Source: an uncultured Verrucomicrobiae bacterium (GTDB lineage Bacteria; Verrucomicrobiota; Verrucomicrobiia; Limisphaerales; Palsa-1400). Taken from it: a stretch of DNA of 64,000 nucleotides. The translations under genes and the position numbers were made by a program. The DNA is taken from the NCBI GenBank assembly GCA_963702845.1, contig OY969763.1, positions 4,928,001-4,992,000 on the forward strand. The letters are read 5' to 3'. The notes under the pieces were generated by a model, which saw nothing but the letters and a program-made list of their open reading frames with translations, was not told the origin of the DNA and searched no databases. This document shows positions 26,620 to 36,591 of the stretch, in pieces (position 1 is the stretch's first letter; each line of letters starts with the position of its first letter).

Positions 26620-29457
26620 ATGGGCAAAACACTGATCATAGCCGAAAAACCGTCGGTCGCTAACGACATTTCCAAAGCGCTGGGCGGTTTTAAGAAGGTA
26701 GAGGACCACTACGAAAGCGACCAATACGTCCTTTCGTCGGCTGTTGGTCATTTGCTGGAACTGATTCCGCCCGAGGGTGCTGAGGTCAAGCGTGGCAAAT
26801 GGACGTTCGCCCACCTGCCGGTTATTCCGGATCATTTCGATCTCCGTCCGATTGAGCGGTCGGAACCCCGCCTCAAGCAGCTTGTAAAGTTACTCAAGCG
26901 CAAGGATGTCGATGGCCTCATCAATGCATGCGACGCCGGGCGCGAAGGGGAACTGATTTTCCGTTACATCATCCAGCACGCCAAAGCCAAGCTACCGATT
27001 CAGCGTCTGTGGTTGCAGTCGATGACCCCGGGTTCGATTCGCGATGGGTTCGCCCACTTGCGCGAAGACCGCCAGATGTTGCCCTTGGCTGATGCGGCAG
27101 TTTGCCGTTCCGAATCCGACTGGCTGGTCGGCATCAACGGCACGCGGGCGATGACCGCCTTCAACTCCAAGACCGGTGGCTTCCACCTGACCACCGTTGG
27201 TCGCGTGCAAACCCCGACGCTGGCCATCGTCGTCGAGCGTGAGGAGAAAATTAAGAAGTTCGTCTCGCGCGATTATTTTGAAATCCACGGGACGTTCTTA
27301 GCACAAGCCGGAGAATACGCCGGTCGCTGGATCGACGAGAAATTTACTCGCGGCGACAAAAAAGATGGTGACCCGGATCTCCGCGCCGAACGTCTCTGGG
27401 ACAAAGCCGCTGCCGAAGCCATCGTGCAGAAGTGCACTGGCAAACCCGGCATAGCGACAGAAGAGAGCAAGCCCAGCACACAGCTCTCGCCGTTGCTCTA
27501 TGACCTGACCAGCTTGCAACGCGATGCGAATGCGCGCTTTGGTTTTTCCGCGAAGAACACGTTGGGCCTGGCGCAGGCGCTTTATGAAAAGCACAAGGTT
27601 CTCACCTATCCGAGAACTGATTCCAAAGCTCTGCCGGAAGATTATCTAAGCACCGTCAAAGAAACGCTGGAGATGCTGACAGGACTTCGACATTCGGGCG
27701 AAGGCCGGGATACCGCGTTCATGCGCCAGAATCCTTACAGCCCATTTGCCAAACAGATTCTGGACCAGAACTGGGTCAAGCCGAACAAGCGCATTTTCAA
27801 CAACGCCAAAATTTCGGACCACTTCGCTATCGTCCCGACTTCGCTGTCGCCGAAAAACCTCAGCGAACCCGAGCAGAAGTTGTACGACATGGTGACGAAA
27901 CGTTTCCTGGCGGTGTTCTTCCCTGCTGCGGAATTTCAAATTACTACCCGCATCACACGCGTCGCTGAGGAAGCGTTCAAGAGCGAAGGTAAAGTAATGA
28001 TTAGTGCAGGTTGGATGGCCATTTACGGTCGTGATGCCGCGGCCACCGATGACCAATCGCCACGCCTGGTCGCGATCCAACCGAACGAGCAGGTGCAAAC
28101 CACGAAGGTGGAAATGCAAGGTCACCACACCAAACCGCCGGCCCGATTTTCCGAAGCGACATTACTCTCGGCCATGGAAGGCGCAGGCAAGCTGATCGAC
28201 GATGAAGAATTGCGCGAAGCCATGAGCGAGAAAGGCCTCGGCACACCAGCCACGCGCGCGGCTGTCATTGAAGGCCTCATCAACGAAAAGTATTTAATTC
28301 GTAATCAACGCGAACTTCAGCCCACTGCAAAGGCGTTCTCGTTAATTACTCTTTTGCGCGGCTTACAGATTCCTGAACTGTCATCGCCGGAACTGACTGG
28401 CGAATGGGAATTCAAGCTCAAGCAGATGGAACACGGCAAACTACAACGGCCGGAGTTCATGCATCAAATCGTCGAGATGACGAAAGAGATCGTCAAAAAG
28501 ACCAAGTTGCACGATAGCGATACCGTCCCTGGCGATTTCGGCGAATTAAAAACGTCGTGCCCGAAATGCGGTGGCGTCATCAAAGAAAACTACAAAAAAT
28601 TTCAGTGCCAGAAATGCGATTATTCGCTCTGGAAAATTGTCGCCGGACGACAACTCGAAATTCCTGAAATGGAGGAGTTGATCAGCAAAGGCTCCGTTGG
28701 GCCTCTGCAAGGTTTCCGCAGCAAAATGGGTCGGCCATTTGCGGCAATCATTAAAATGGCGCCACCCGAGTTCAAACCGGAATTCGATTTCGGCCAACAG
28801 AACGGCGAGGGCGAAGGCGGCGCACCGGTTGATTTCACAGGCCAAACTCCTGTCGGCAAATGTCCCGCCTGCGGTTCGAATGTCTACGAGCACGGGATGA
28901 ATTACATTTGCGAAAAAGCCGCTCGCCGCGACGGTTGCATGTTCCGCACGGGCAAAATCATTTTGCAACGCCCGATGGAACGCGAGCAGGTTGAGAAGTT
29001 GCTCACGACCGGAAAAACCGATCTGCTCGACAAGTTCATTTCGAAGAAGGGCCGTCCGTTCAAAGCCTACCTCGTCGTCAAAGATGGGAAGACAGCCTTT
29101 GAATTCGAACCACGGGGCGAGAAGAAATCGAAAGCCGGCAAGCCCAAGGAGCCCGAGCCGAAGATCGATTTCACGGGCAAAGAAGTTGTCGGCACTTGCC
29201 CTGCCTGCGGCGGAAAAGTTTTCGAACTGGACGACAAATATGTTTGCGAGAAGGCGCAGGCCGAAAAGAAGCCGTGCAAATTCGCGGTGAAGAAGGTGAT
29301 CTGCGAGTTTCCGATCGATAGGGAGCAGTTGCAAAAACTGATCTCCGACGGTCGAACCGATTCAATCGACAAATTTATCTCGAAAGCCGGCAAGCCCTTT
29401 ACCGCTTCCCTCGTGTTGGAAAACAACAAAAAGGTGAAGTTCGAGTTTTCATCCTGA
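26620..29457 (+). CDS. topB: DNA topoisomerase III with C-terminal Zn-ribbon/Toprim_Crpt repeats
   Basis: IAEKPSVA, NACDAGREGELIF, GRVQTPTL, TYPRTDS (catalytic Tyr), GLGTPATRA, repeated CPACG..KFISK.G.PF. Confidence 0.94.
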   Translation: MGKTLIIAEKPSVANDISKALGGFKKVEDHYESDQYVLSSAVGHLLELIPPEGAEVKRGKWTFAHLPVIPDHFDLRPIERSEPRLKQLVKLLKRKDVDGLINACDAGREGELIFRYIIQHAKAKLPIQRLWLQSMTPGSIRDGFAHLREDRQMLPLADAAVCRSESDWLVGINGTRAMTAFNSKTGGFHLTTVGRVQTPTLAIVVEREEKIKKFVSRDYFEIHGTFLAQAGEYAGRWIDEKFTRGDKKDGDPDLRAERLWDKAAAEAIVQKCTGKPGIATEESKPSTQLSPLLYDLTSLQRDANARFGFSAKNTLGLAQALYEKHKVLTYPRTDSKALPEDYLSTVKETLEMLTGLRHSGEGRDTAFMRQNPYSPFAKQILDQNWVKPNKRIFNNAKISDHFAIVPTSLSPKNLSEPEQKLYDMVTKRFLAVFFPAAEFQITTRITRVAEEAFKSEGKVMISAGWMAIYGRDAAATDDQSPRLVAIQPNEQVQTTKVEMQGHHTKPPARFSEATLLSAMEGAGKLIDDEELREAMSEKGLGTPATRAAVIEGLINEKYLIRNQRELQPTAKAFSLITLLRGLQIPELSSPELTGEWEFKLKQMEHGKLQRPEFMHQIVEMTKEIVKKTKLHDSDTVPGDFGELKTSCPKCGGVIKENYKKFQCQKCDYSLWKIVAGRQLEIPEMEELISKGSVGPLQGFRSKMGRPFAAIIKMAPPEFKPEFDFGQQNGEGEGGAPVDFTGQTPVGKCPACGSNVYEHGMNYICEKAARRDGCMFRTGKIILQRPMEREQVEKLLTTGKTDLLDKFISKKGRPFKAYLVVKDGKTAFEFEPRGEKKSKAGKPKEPEPKIDFTGKEVVGTCPACGGKVFELDDKYVCEKAQAEKKPCKFAVKKVICEFPIDREQLQKLISDGRTDSIDKFISKAGKPFTASLVLENNKKVKFEFSS

Positions 29458-29472
29458 TCCGCGGCCGTTCGT

Positions 29473-30687
29473 ATGAGCCGCTCCGTTTACTTAGACCACC
29501 AGTCGACCACGCCTGTCCTGCCGGAAGTGGTTGAAACGATGCGGCCATTTTTTACGGAGTCGTTCGGAACACCGTCTTCGCTACACCAACACGGCTTGCG
29601 GGCGCGGGATGCGTTGGTGAATGCGCGCGAGCAAGTCGCCAACTTCATTAACGCGGAATCGCCGGATGACATTATCTTCACCTCCGATGGAACGGAGTCG
29701 GCGAACCTCGCGATCAAAGGTGTTGCGCAGGCGAATCATCGACGCGGGAATCATTTTATTGTCAGTGCGATCGAACATCCATCGGTGTTGAATTCGATAG
29801 AAAGCTTGGAGAAGCAAGGGTTCGTTTGCACAAAGGTCCCGGTGAATCCCGAAGGCATGGTGAATCCGGAGGACGTCCGTCGCGCGATCACTGACAAAAC
29901 CATTCTCATCGCGGTTCATCACGTGAATCACGACATCGGCACAATTGAGCCGATTAAACAAATCAGCGCGGTTGCTATCGAAAAAGGTATTCCGCTTTAT
30001 GTGGACGCAGAGGCGAGCGCGGGGTGGTTGCCGATCGATGTGCGCGAGCTTGGTGCGGGACTGCTCTCGTTTTCGCCACATAAATTTTATGGACCCAAAG
30101 GCGTGGGCGTTCTGTATCGGCACCGCACCACCCGACTCGCTCCGACGATTCACGGTGGCGTTCAGGAGAATGGACGGCGCGCTGGCGTTGAAAATGTTCC
30201 TGCAATTGCCGGCGCTGGATTAGCGTGTGAAATTGCCGGGCGTGAATTGCAGAGTCGAATGGCGCACACCGCCATCTTGCAAAAACATTTGTGGGAAGGG
30301 CTCAGACGCGAAATTCCGCATCTCAAATTGAACGGGCCAGAGCAAGGGCCGAACCGGATTTCGACGAACCTGAACGTTTCTCCGGAGTTTGTGGAGGGAG
30401 AAGGCGTGTTGCTGCTTTGCGATATGAATGGGGTAGCAATTGCCAGCGGCACGGCGTGCGTGAGCAAATCTCTCAAGATTTCGCACGTGCTCGCGGCGAT
30501 CGGTCTGGATACCGCTCTCGGGCAAGCTGCGGTCATTCTCTCGCTCGGAAAAGACAATACGAACGAGGACATCGACTACGCGGTAGCAACAATCGCCAAG
30601 GTTGTCAAAAAGTTGCGCGGCATGTCGGCGACGTGGGATGAATTCCAAAAAGGAAAGATTCCTTCAGCTCTTGCAACAGCCCGTTGA
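29473..30687 (+). CDS. Cysteine desulfurase (IscS/NifS family)
   Basis: YLDHQSTTP, IEHPSV, SPHKFYGPKG (PLP Lys), ASGTAC (catalytic Cys). Confidence 0.9.
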   Translation: MSRSVYLDHQSTTPVLPEVVETMRPFFTESFGTPSSLHQHGLRARDALVNAREQVANFINAESPDDIIFTSDGTESANLAIKGVAQANHRRGNHFIVSAIEHPSVLNSIESLEKQGFVCTKVPVNPEGMVNPEDVRRAITDKTILIAVHHVNHDIGTIEPIKQISAVAIEKGIPLYVDAEASAGWLPIDVRELGAGLLSFSPHKFYGPKGVGVLYRHRTTRLAPTIHGGVQENGRRAGVENVPAIAGAGLACEIAGRELQSRMAHTAILQKHLWEGLRREIPHLKLNGPEQGPNRISTNLNVSPEFVEGEGVLLLCDMNGVAIASGTACVSKSLKISHVLAAIGLDTALGQAAVILSLGKDNTNEDIDYAVATIAKVVKKLRGMSATWDEFQKGKIPSALATAR

Positions 30688-30738
30688 GAGAGAATTTGAC
30701 TCGCTTTTTAGGGCAATTGCAGGCATCAAGAAATCCAC

Positions 30739-31002
30739 ATGGTTCGCGGTGCCCCGAAACAATCGAATACTTCCCTGATGTATTTCTTTGCCGCGCTGGG
30801 GATGTTGCTTTTGGTGTCCACGATGGTGCCATCCTGCCATTCGCGCCATGGCCAATCGTATCCGTGGCATCGGCGACCAGATACCAAAGCTCGCGCCCAC
30901 TTTCCAGCCCCAACGCCACCGACGTCACCAGCCAAGTCGTCGACGTCCCCCACTCCACCAGCTAAACCAACAACATCGCCAACGCCGGCCCCGCATCATT
31001 GA
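30739..31002 (+). CDS. Small Pro/Thr-rich putative membrane or lipoprotein
   Basis: Fills the gap between convergent genes; hydrophobic stretch YFFAALGMLLLVSTMVPSC then a P/T/S-rich tail. Confidence 0.4.
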   Translation: MVRGAPKQSNTSLMYFFAALGMLLLVSTMVPSCHSRHGQSYPWHRRPDTKARAHFPAPTPPTSPAKSSTSPTPPAKPTTSPTPAPHH

Positions 31003-31028
31003 TACAGTTGCCGTCGGCGGCTGCGAAT

Positions 31029-31973
31029 CTACTGCTTGGCCCATTCGGCAAAATGTTCGGCAACCTTGGCCGACTTTTCGTCGCCTTCGTGTAAGTAGAA
31101 GCGGTAACGGAACGTGAGACTCTTTCCGGCTTGAATCGTCAGACCGCCTTCGGGCGCGTTTTTGCCTTCGTAACCCCGTCGACCGAACGGATTAGCTGCA
31201 AAGAGGCCGTAGTCGCGCGCGTGCCACCAGCAAGGGTGGTTCGGGTTCTTCGGATAATCGAAAATAGCGATGCCAACGGTTTTGCCGTTCACAGGGCCGT
31301 AATAATCGGTCCACTCCGCGCGTTTACCCCAGGCTGCGCCATCGCGTGCGCCGGTGCTTTGGACAATATGACCATCGCCAGGTTTTTTGCCGTGGGAGAG
31401 GCGCATTGATTCGGCGACGCGCGTGGCCATGGCGCCCTCTTTGGTATCGCCAAATTTCACAGGTTTATCTTTTGGCGCGATCAGCGTGATCTCGAAATCG
31501 AAAATCCGTTCGTTGTCCGGCCGGTTGTAAATGCGAAGCGTTCGTTCGTCGGTGCAGACAAGTGTGCCGTCATTGGCCATCCATTTGTTGCGGGATTTGA
31601 TAACGCCGAAGTCGTCGCCGGATTTCACTTCGAGGAATTTGTCGTGGACGATCTTATGCCAGACTTTTTCTTCTGCCCAAAAATCCAAGCCGTTGACATC
31701 ACCGTACGCATACCAGAGCGAGCGATGGTGCGGGTGATCATGTTCTTCACCGGGCGGGCTTTTCATCGGCCAGTTGCGCGTCATCGGCAGTTCTGCGGGT
31801 CCCAGCAGTGGATAACAATACGGTCGCGGGACATCTTTGAAAAAGTATTCCGTGAACGGCTTTCCGTTAATGTCGACACGGATGGTTTTATCGGTTTGAG
31901 TCAGTTTAACGGCTTGGCCGAAACAAGCCGTTGAAACGAAGGCTGTTAGCAAGAGTAGTGCAGTTATTTTCAT
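31029..31973 (-). CDS. Secreted PmoA-like (DUF6807-type) protein
   Basis: Signal peptide; RPYCYPL, DHPHHRSLW, FGDTKEG, WHARDYGLFAANPFG. Confidence 0.8.
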   Translation of the reverse strand: MKITALLLLTAFVSTACFGQAVKLTQTDKTIRVDINGKPFTEYFFKDVPRPYCYPLLGPAELPMTRNWPMKSPPGEEHDHPHHRSLWYAYGDVNGLDFWAEEKVWHKIVHDKFLEVKSGDDFGVIKSRNKWMANDGTLVCTDERTLRIYNRPDNERIFDFEITLIAPKDKPVKFGDTKEGAMATRVAESMRLSHGKKPGDGHIVQSTGARDGAAWGKRAEWTDYYGPVNGKTVGIAIFDYPKNPNHPCWWHARDYGLFAANPFGRRGYEGKNAPEGGLTIQAGKSLTFRYRFYLHEGDEKSAKVAEHFAEWAKQ

Positions 31974-32030
31974 TCGGAGCGCGATGGCAGGGTAAGGCTT
32001 TAGCATCGTTTTAAAAAAGGGAAAAAACTA

Positions 32031-32130
32031 CCGCGACTGGGTGTGACTGAGTGCGACTGGGCGCGACCAGGCGCGACAAATCCAGCTTCAGTCGCACCCC
32101 AGTCACACCACCGTCGCAGCTGGTCGCACC
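32031..32130. repeat. 10-bp-period array x5 followed by an inverted copy
   Basis: ccgcgactgg/gtgtgactga/gtgcgactgg/gcgcgaccag/gcgcgacaaa, then cagtcgcaccccagtcacacc..gtcgca..ggtcgcacc (near reverse complement of 32040-32059). Confidence 0.85.
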
Positions 32131-32391
32131 AATTACTTGCGCCAAAAAAAGAGGGGACAAAGTTACTGCTAAACGGTGCGAAAAATCGGGAAGTTTTAGC
32201 ACCGATTTCGCACCCATTTCGCAGTAGTGCTGTCCCGGCGGGATTCATGGCCGCGGAGCGAGTTTTATTGTTATTGATCATCGAAATATTCATTGCACCA
32301 CGTTACGAGACCAGCCAAAAAAAGTCTTCTTAGTGAATGGCGCTTTTTATTAAGAAAGGGATGGGACCATGAATTACGGATTGCAGATTAC

Positions 32392-32426
32392 AAAAACAAA
32401 AAAGCCGGCGATTGCTCGCCGGCTTT
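32392..32426 (-). terminator. Rho-independent terminator of the tol-pal operon
   Basis: aaagccggcga-ttgc-tcgccggcttt stem with a T-run on the minus strand, just after the pal stop. Confidence 0.85.
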
Positions 32427-32442
32427 GCGGGAAAGAACAGGA

Positions 32443-33051
32443 CTATTGTTTGGGAACCAAGAGCACCATTTCGACGCGGCGGTTCTTTGAGTAAGCGGCG
32501 GCGTTGCGCTCAGGGTCAATGGGCTTGGCTTTGCCGTAGCTGACGGTCTTCATCCGTTGTGGGTCAACGCCAATGCCTGCGAGATATTCACGAACGGCCA
32601 AGGCGCGTTTGTCGCCGAGGGAGAGGTTGTATTGCTCGGTTCCGCGTTCGTCGGCATTACCTTCAATTACCAACGCTTCTTTCGATTGGTTGTTCTTGAA
32701 GTAGTTGGCGACTTCGTCGAGCTTCGAAAGGTCTGCCTTTTTAATGACGGCACTGTCGGTGTCGAAGTGAACGATGTCAGCCGCAAACTTCGAACGATCT
32801 TCATCATGTGGGCCATTGAACGTTGCACCGTAGACGCCGGTGTCTGTGCCACTTAAAGAGACACCTTCAGGATTGTCCGAGCGGTTTTTTGGAGATGTCA
32901 GAACGCCACCGTTTTCAAGTCCGTTGCCTGGGCCTACGGCGGCTGGACGATTATTTGGAATGTCGGTGAGCCCGACTGGCTTCTTGTGACAGCCGGTGAA
33001 GCTGATGATGGCTGCCACTCCGATGATCAGTATTAACGTAATTTTTTTCAT
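32443..33051 (-). CDS. pal: Peptidoglycan-associated lipoprotein (OmpA family)
   Basis: Lipobox FTGC; VHFDTDSA, IEGNADERGTEQYNLSLGDKRA, VSYGK, NRRVE; downstream of tolB. Confidence 0.92.
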   Translation of the reverse strand: MKKITLILIIGVAAIISFTGCHKKPVGLTDIPNNRPAAVGPGNGLENGGVLTSPKNRSDNPEGVSLSGTDTGVYGATFNGPHDEDRSKFAADIVHFDTDSAVIKKADLSKLDEVANYFKNNQSKEALVIEGNADERGTEQYNLSLGDKRALAVREYLAGIGVDPQRMKTVSYGKAKPIDPERNAAAYSKNRRVEMVLLVPKQ

Positions 33052-33080
33052 TTTTGCGTATGGTCGCAGAAGATTGGTCG

Positions 33081-34229
33081 TTACCTGGCCCAAGCAGGTT
33101 GCGAACATTCCCCTGAATTTTGAGTGCAATCCTTGACGTGTTTAGTAGGCACGTCAAGTAAAGAGAGGACGTGTTTATGGTTTATGTCCCGTGTGAAGAT
33201 GACCGTGCGGGAATTGGGCGCCCAACAAGGATCCTCACCAGATACGAGTGCTTTTGCTTCACCTCCAGTACTCGGCGCTACACAGATGGAGAACGGGCCG
33301 GAACCGCAGGTAAATACAATAAATCGCCCATCCGGAGACCAATTAGGTTGGGTCAAGTTGCCGTAGATTTCGCCGCCGCCAACACGCAATTTTTGCGGGC
33401 TGCCGCCGTTGATGTTGACTTTGGTCAAAGTGGCGCGGCCGGAACGGGTCGCGAAAACGAGTTCGCGGTTATTCGGAGCCCACGAGGGACCCGAAACGTC
33501 GTCCTTGCCAAACGTGAGTTGTTTCAAGTTACCGCCGTCGATATCAGCGACGTAAAGATTTGGTGTTCCGTTCCTATCTAACACCATCGCGACTTTTTTA
33601 CCGTCGGGTGAAACAGCGGGACTGAAACTGGAACCGGGGCTGTGAATGAAAATGCGCCGAGAGCCGGTGTTGAGGTCGTGTTCGAAAATTTGCGTCCCGC
33701 TATTTTTCCACGAGCAATAGAGCAGCGCGAATTTCCCAGGGAGCCACTCTGGATAGGCAACGAGGCTGTTGTCATGGGTCACGAGAGTTGCGTTGTGGCC
33801 ATCGAAGTCGGCCACGCCAATTTCAGCGTTGCCGCCCTGTTGAACACGATACGCAATCCTGCTGTGGAAAATTGAAGCCGATTCAGGCCGAATCTGCTTA
33901 ACGACGTCAGCAGCCAACGCATGCGCTTGCGAGCGGGTGCTGCCGCCGTTGTAGGCGCGGCCGAAGAGATTTCTTCCAGCCTGCGCAAGACGGCCTTCGA
34001 CGTGGCCGTTGTTGCTGCCGGAAAGTTGATACTGCGCTTCGGCTGGAGAGGCGATCGCGAAACCAGAAACGAAGAGGTCGAATTTCAAAACGGAATCAGC
34101 TTCACCGCTGAATCCGGAAATTGAAATTGGCACAGCCTGCTCGGCACCTTTTGTGATGTCGATGGTATCCTCAGCGAATGTCGCGTGGCATGCGACTATG
34201 CCCAACAAGAGAACAAATAACTTTTTCAT
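33081..34229 (-). CDS. tolB: TolB-like periplasmic beta-propeller protein
   Basis: Signal peptide, PD40 repeats (SPAVSPDGKK, PSWAP, PNWSPDG), ends PAWAR; tol-pal synteny. Confidence 0.9.
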   Translation of the reverse strand: MKKLFVLLLGIVACHATFAEDTIDITKGAEQAVPISISGFSGEADSVLKFDLFVSGFAIASPAEAQYQLSGSNNGHVEGRLAQAGRNLFGRAYNGGSTRSQAHALAADVVKQIRPESASIFHSRIAYRVQQGGNAEIGVADFDGHNATLVTHDNSLVAYPEWLPGKFALLYCSWKNSGTQIFEHDLNTGSRRIFIHSPGSSFSPAVSPDGKKVAMVLDRNGTPNLYVADIDGGNLKQLTFGKDDVSGPSWAPNNRELVFATRSGRATLTKVNINGGSPQKLRVGGGEIYGNLTQPNWSPDGRFIVFTCGSGPFSICVAPSTGGEAKALVSGEDPCWAPNSRTVIFTRDINHKHVLSLLDVPTKHVKDCTQNSGECSQPAWAR

Positions 34230-35152
34230 CCTAAAGACTGTTTAGCTTTGACGTTAAATCGAATTCTGAAACTGCGTTGCTCATCGGTTGCTCCCTCTGG
34301 GAATGACGGGAGTCTTGTCACGCTGTCCAACGCTCGTTGCACCGACTTGTTCAGCGCCGATTCAGAAGATTTTTTGACGATTTCCGCCGAAACGATCGAG
34401 CCATTGCGTGCGACAACCACCTTCACTTCAACAGAAGCAAGGTCGTTGTCGACTTGCTCAGGACAGGTCCACGCATTGTAGTAAGCACTAAATAGAGCGG
34501 TGCGATAATCGACAAACGCAGCGCCGCCACCCTGGCCGGGAAGATCAAACACCGTCGCTTTGGCCGTGCCTTTCGGAATCGAGCTGGCTAAACCCGAAAG
34601 AGCCTGGCCGATTTCGCGTGCCGTCCGGCGTTGAGCCGCGGCTTGGGCGCGCGCATCGGCCTCTTCATCAGTTGTGCTGCGGGTTTGATGGTGGGTCGTT
34701 TTTACTTTGGTCGGGGTGCTTATATCGACCTTGATGTCGTTTGCCGACCGCAGACGAGGCTTCCATGATTTCGGATTTACCGGTTCTGCAGTCTCCTTGT
34801 GAGCGGGCGTGATATCCGGCTCGACGGTGTGCTTGTGCTGTTTCGGCGGCGTTGGTTCAGAATGAGGCTGCGCCTTTTCAGGCTCGGGTTGCGGCTTTTC
34901 AGGCTGCGGCTGAGCAGCAGGTTCCGGTGGTTTCGCGGCGGGCGTCTGCGCCTTAACTACAGTCGGCGTCGCATTTGGGTTTCCGGCCATTAGACCCGGT
35001 TTATCCGTCGTCTGCAGCGCAAGCCAGGTAATCGGTACGATCGCCTGCCTCGGAGGTTCGCCTTGGAATGCGGCGGTCGCAATGAACGTCACGACCAATA
35101 AGCCGTGCAATCCAGCAGCTCCAACCAGGCACTTTGTTTCGAATCGCGTCAT
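34226..35152 (-). CDS. tolA: TolA/TonB-type energy transducer
   Basis: N-terminal TM with His (LHGLLVV), Pro-rich linker, TonB_C-like C-domain (VVVARNGSI..SSESALNKSVQRAL); position in operon. Confidence 0.82.
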   Translation of the reverse strand: MTRFETKCLVGAAGLHGLLVVTFIATAAFQGEPPRQAIVPITWLALQTTDKPGLMAGNPNATPTVVKAQTPAAKPPEPAAQPQPEKPQPEPEKAQPHSEPTPPKQHKHTVEPDITPAHKETAEPVNPKSWKPRLRSANDIKVDISTPTKVKTTHHQTRSTTDEEADARAQAAAQRRTAREIGQALSGLASSIPKGTAKATVFDLPGQGGGAAFVDYRTALFSAYYNAWTCPEQVDNDLASVEVKVVVARNGSIVSAEIVKKSSESALNKSVQRALDSVTRLPSFPEGATDEQRSFRIRFNVKAKQSLG

Positions 35153-35571
35153 TTGTGCTCCGCCGTGGCTGTGTGCGGTGAGACTTGCGTGATGTTATGG
35201 CGCATGCACGCGTCGATCACCGCGATGACGTTTTTCCATTCGGTGCGCGCGTCGGCGCGCAAGTCGACGATCAATTTGGGATTATTACGAAACGTATTTA
35301 CGAGTTCTGTTTCGAGCTGGCCAGCCGTCAACCGGTGACCCTGCATCCAATACTGACCAGACGGCGTAATCTCTATGATGCGGATATTGTTGCGGTCGAT
35401 ATTGCGCGTGTCGGTTTTGCCACCGGCGGGAAGCTGCATGTCGACCGTCTGCTCCAGCAATGGGCGTGTGATGACGAAAATAATGAGGAGCACGAACGCA
35501 AGGTCGAGCAGCGGGGTGATGTTGATTTCGTTCAACGTCACCAGCGAATTGCGTTGTGAAAAGCGGCGCAC
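35149..35571 (-). CDS. tolR: TolR/ExbD biopolymer transporter
   Basis: EINITPLLDLAFVLLIIFVIT, LRAD; operon context. Confidence 0.9.
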   Translation of the reverse strand: MRRFSQRNSLVTLNEINITPLLDLAFVLLIIFVITRPLLEQTVDMQLPAGGKTDTRNIDRNNIRIIEITPSGQYWMQGHRLTAGQLETELVNTFRNNPKLIVDLRADARTEWKNVIAVIDACMRHNITQVSPHTATAEHK

Positions 35572-35579
35572 GGCTAGTA

Positions 35580-35663
35580 GGTCGAGGGTCGAGGGTCGAA
35601 GGTCGAAGGCCAGGAACTCCGGTTGTTCGCCGGCTTTCGGCTTTCGGCTTTCGGCTTTCGGCT
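35580..35663. repeat. Two facing heptamer arrays (GGTCGAR x4; CGGCTTT x4) between tolQ and tolR
   Basis: ggtcgag/ggtcgag/ggtcgaa/ggtcgaa (35580-35607) and cggcttt x4 (35631-35658). Confidence 0.85.
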
Positions 35664-35666
35664 CAT

Positions 35667-36380
35667 TTAATCCCTCAAATATTCCGTCTCCATTTTGGAA
35701 ACGAGTTCTTGCGCAAAATTGTCCAGCTCGACCGTCCGGACGCGCAAGTTATGCACCAAATAGTTGTAGCCAAACATCGACGGGATCGCGACGAGCAAAC
35801 CTGCGACCGTCGTCACAAGCGCGGCGGACACACCGGGCGCCATCGTGGGCAAATCAGCGCGGCCCATTTTGCCGACGGCCGCGAACGTGTCCATGACGCC
35901 CCAAACGGTTCCCAACAAACCGAGGAACGGCGCACCGCTGACAGCGATGGCCAATAAAATGAGGCCGGATTCCAACTTGAGCGATTCGCGCGCGACGGCT
36001 CCTTCGATCGTGCGCTTGATGTGCTCCATCGACTTAAGCGTGATATACTTATCTCGGCCTTCGGTACCACCTTCGCCTTTGATTTTCAGGCGCATGTCCA
36101 GTTCGATACAGGCTTCGTTGTACACGGCGAACATGGGGCAACCATCCACTTGTAGGCGGCGGTCAAAAATTCCGAGCACATTTTTTTGCCCACGAAATTC
36201 CTTTTCGAAAAACAGGTTCAGTTTTCGCGCACGACGCATCTGCACGATCTTCGCAATCATCGTTCCCCACACGAAGATCGAAGCGACCGCCAAGATAATA
36301 ATGATCACTTTGGCTTCGGCCGTAGCCCGAAACCAAATGAACTGTAATTGTGTTTCCGCGAATAGTACGGGAACGTTCAT
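35667..36380 (-). CDS. tolQ: TolQ/ExbB proton channel
   Basis: APFLGLLGTVWGVM, MAPGVSAALVTTVAGLLVAIP..YNYL. Confidence 0.92.
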   Translation of the reverse strand: MNVPVLFAETQLQFIWFRATAEAKVIIIILAVASIFVWGTMIAKIVQMRRARKLNLFFEKEFRGQKNVLGIFDRRLQVDGCPMFAVYNEACIELDMRLKIKGEGGTEGRDKYITLKSMEHIKRTIEGAVARESLKLESGLILLAIAVSGAPFLGLLGTVWGVMDTFAAVGKMGRADLPTMAPGVSAALVTTVAGLLVAIPSMFGYNYLVHNLRVRTVELDNFAQELVSKMETEYLRD

Positions 36381-36591
36381 TGGTAAAACTTCTCAGCAAA
36401 AACTGCCGAGACTCCTTTCGGTCTCACGTGGAGGAATGTAATGGCTAAACTTATTACACGTTTGAACCGCATTTAACTGCCATTTAATCGGATTAAAAGC
36501 TCTAACGAAAAAGTTCGCAACAATATTCGCAAAATTTTGTGAAAAAGTGTGTGTTTGGTGGGTTTATTGGTTGGCTTTCCGACCACCCACA

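Noticed and set aside
36460..36550. Another phased module upstream of tolQ (tttgaaccgca/tttaactgcca/tttaatcgga; ttcgcaa x2)
   Set aside because: Period is irregular (10-12) and the region is AT-rich, so chance cannot be excluded.
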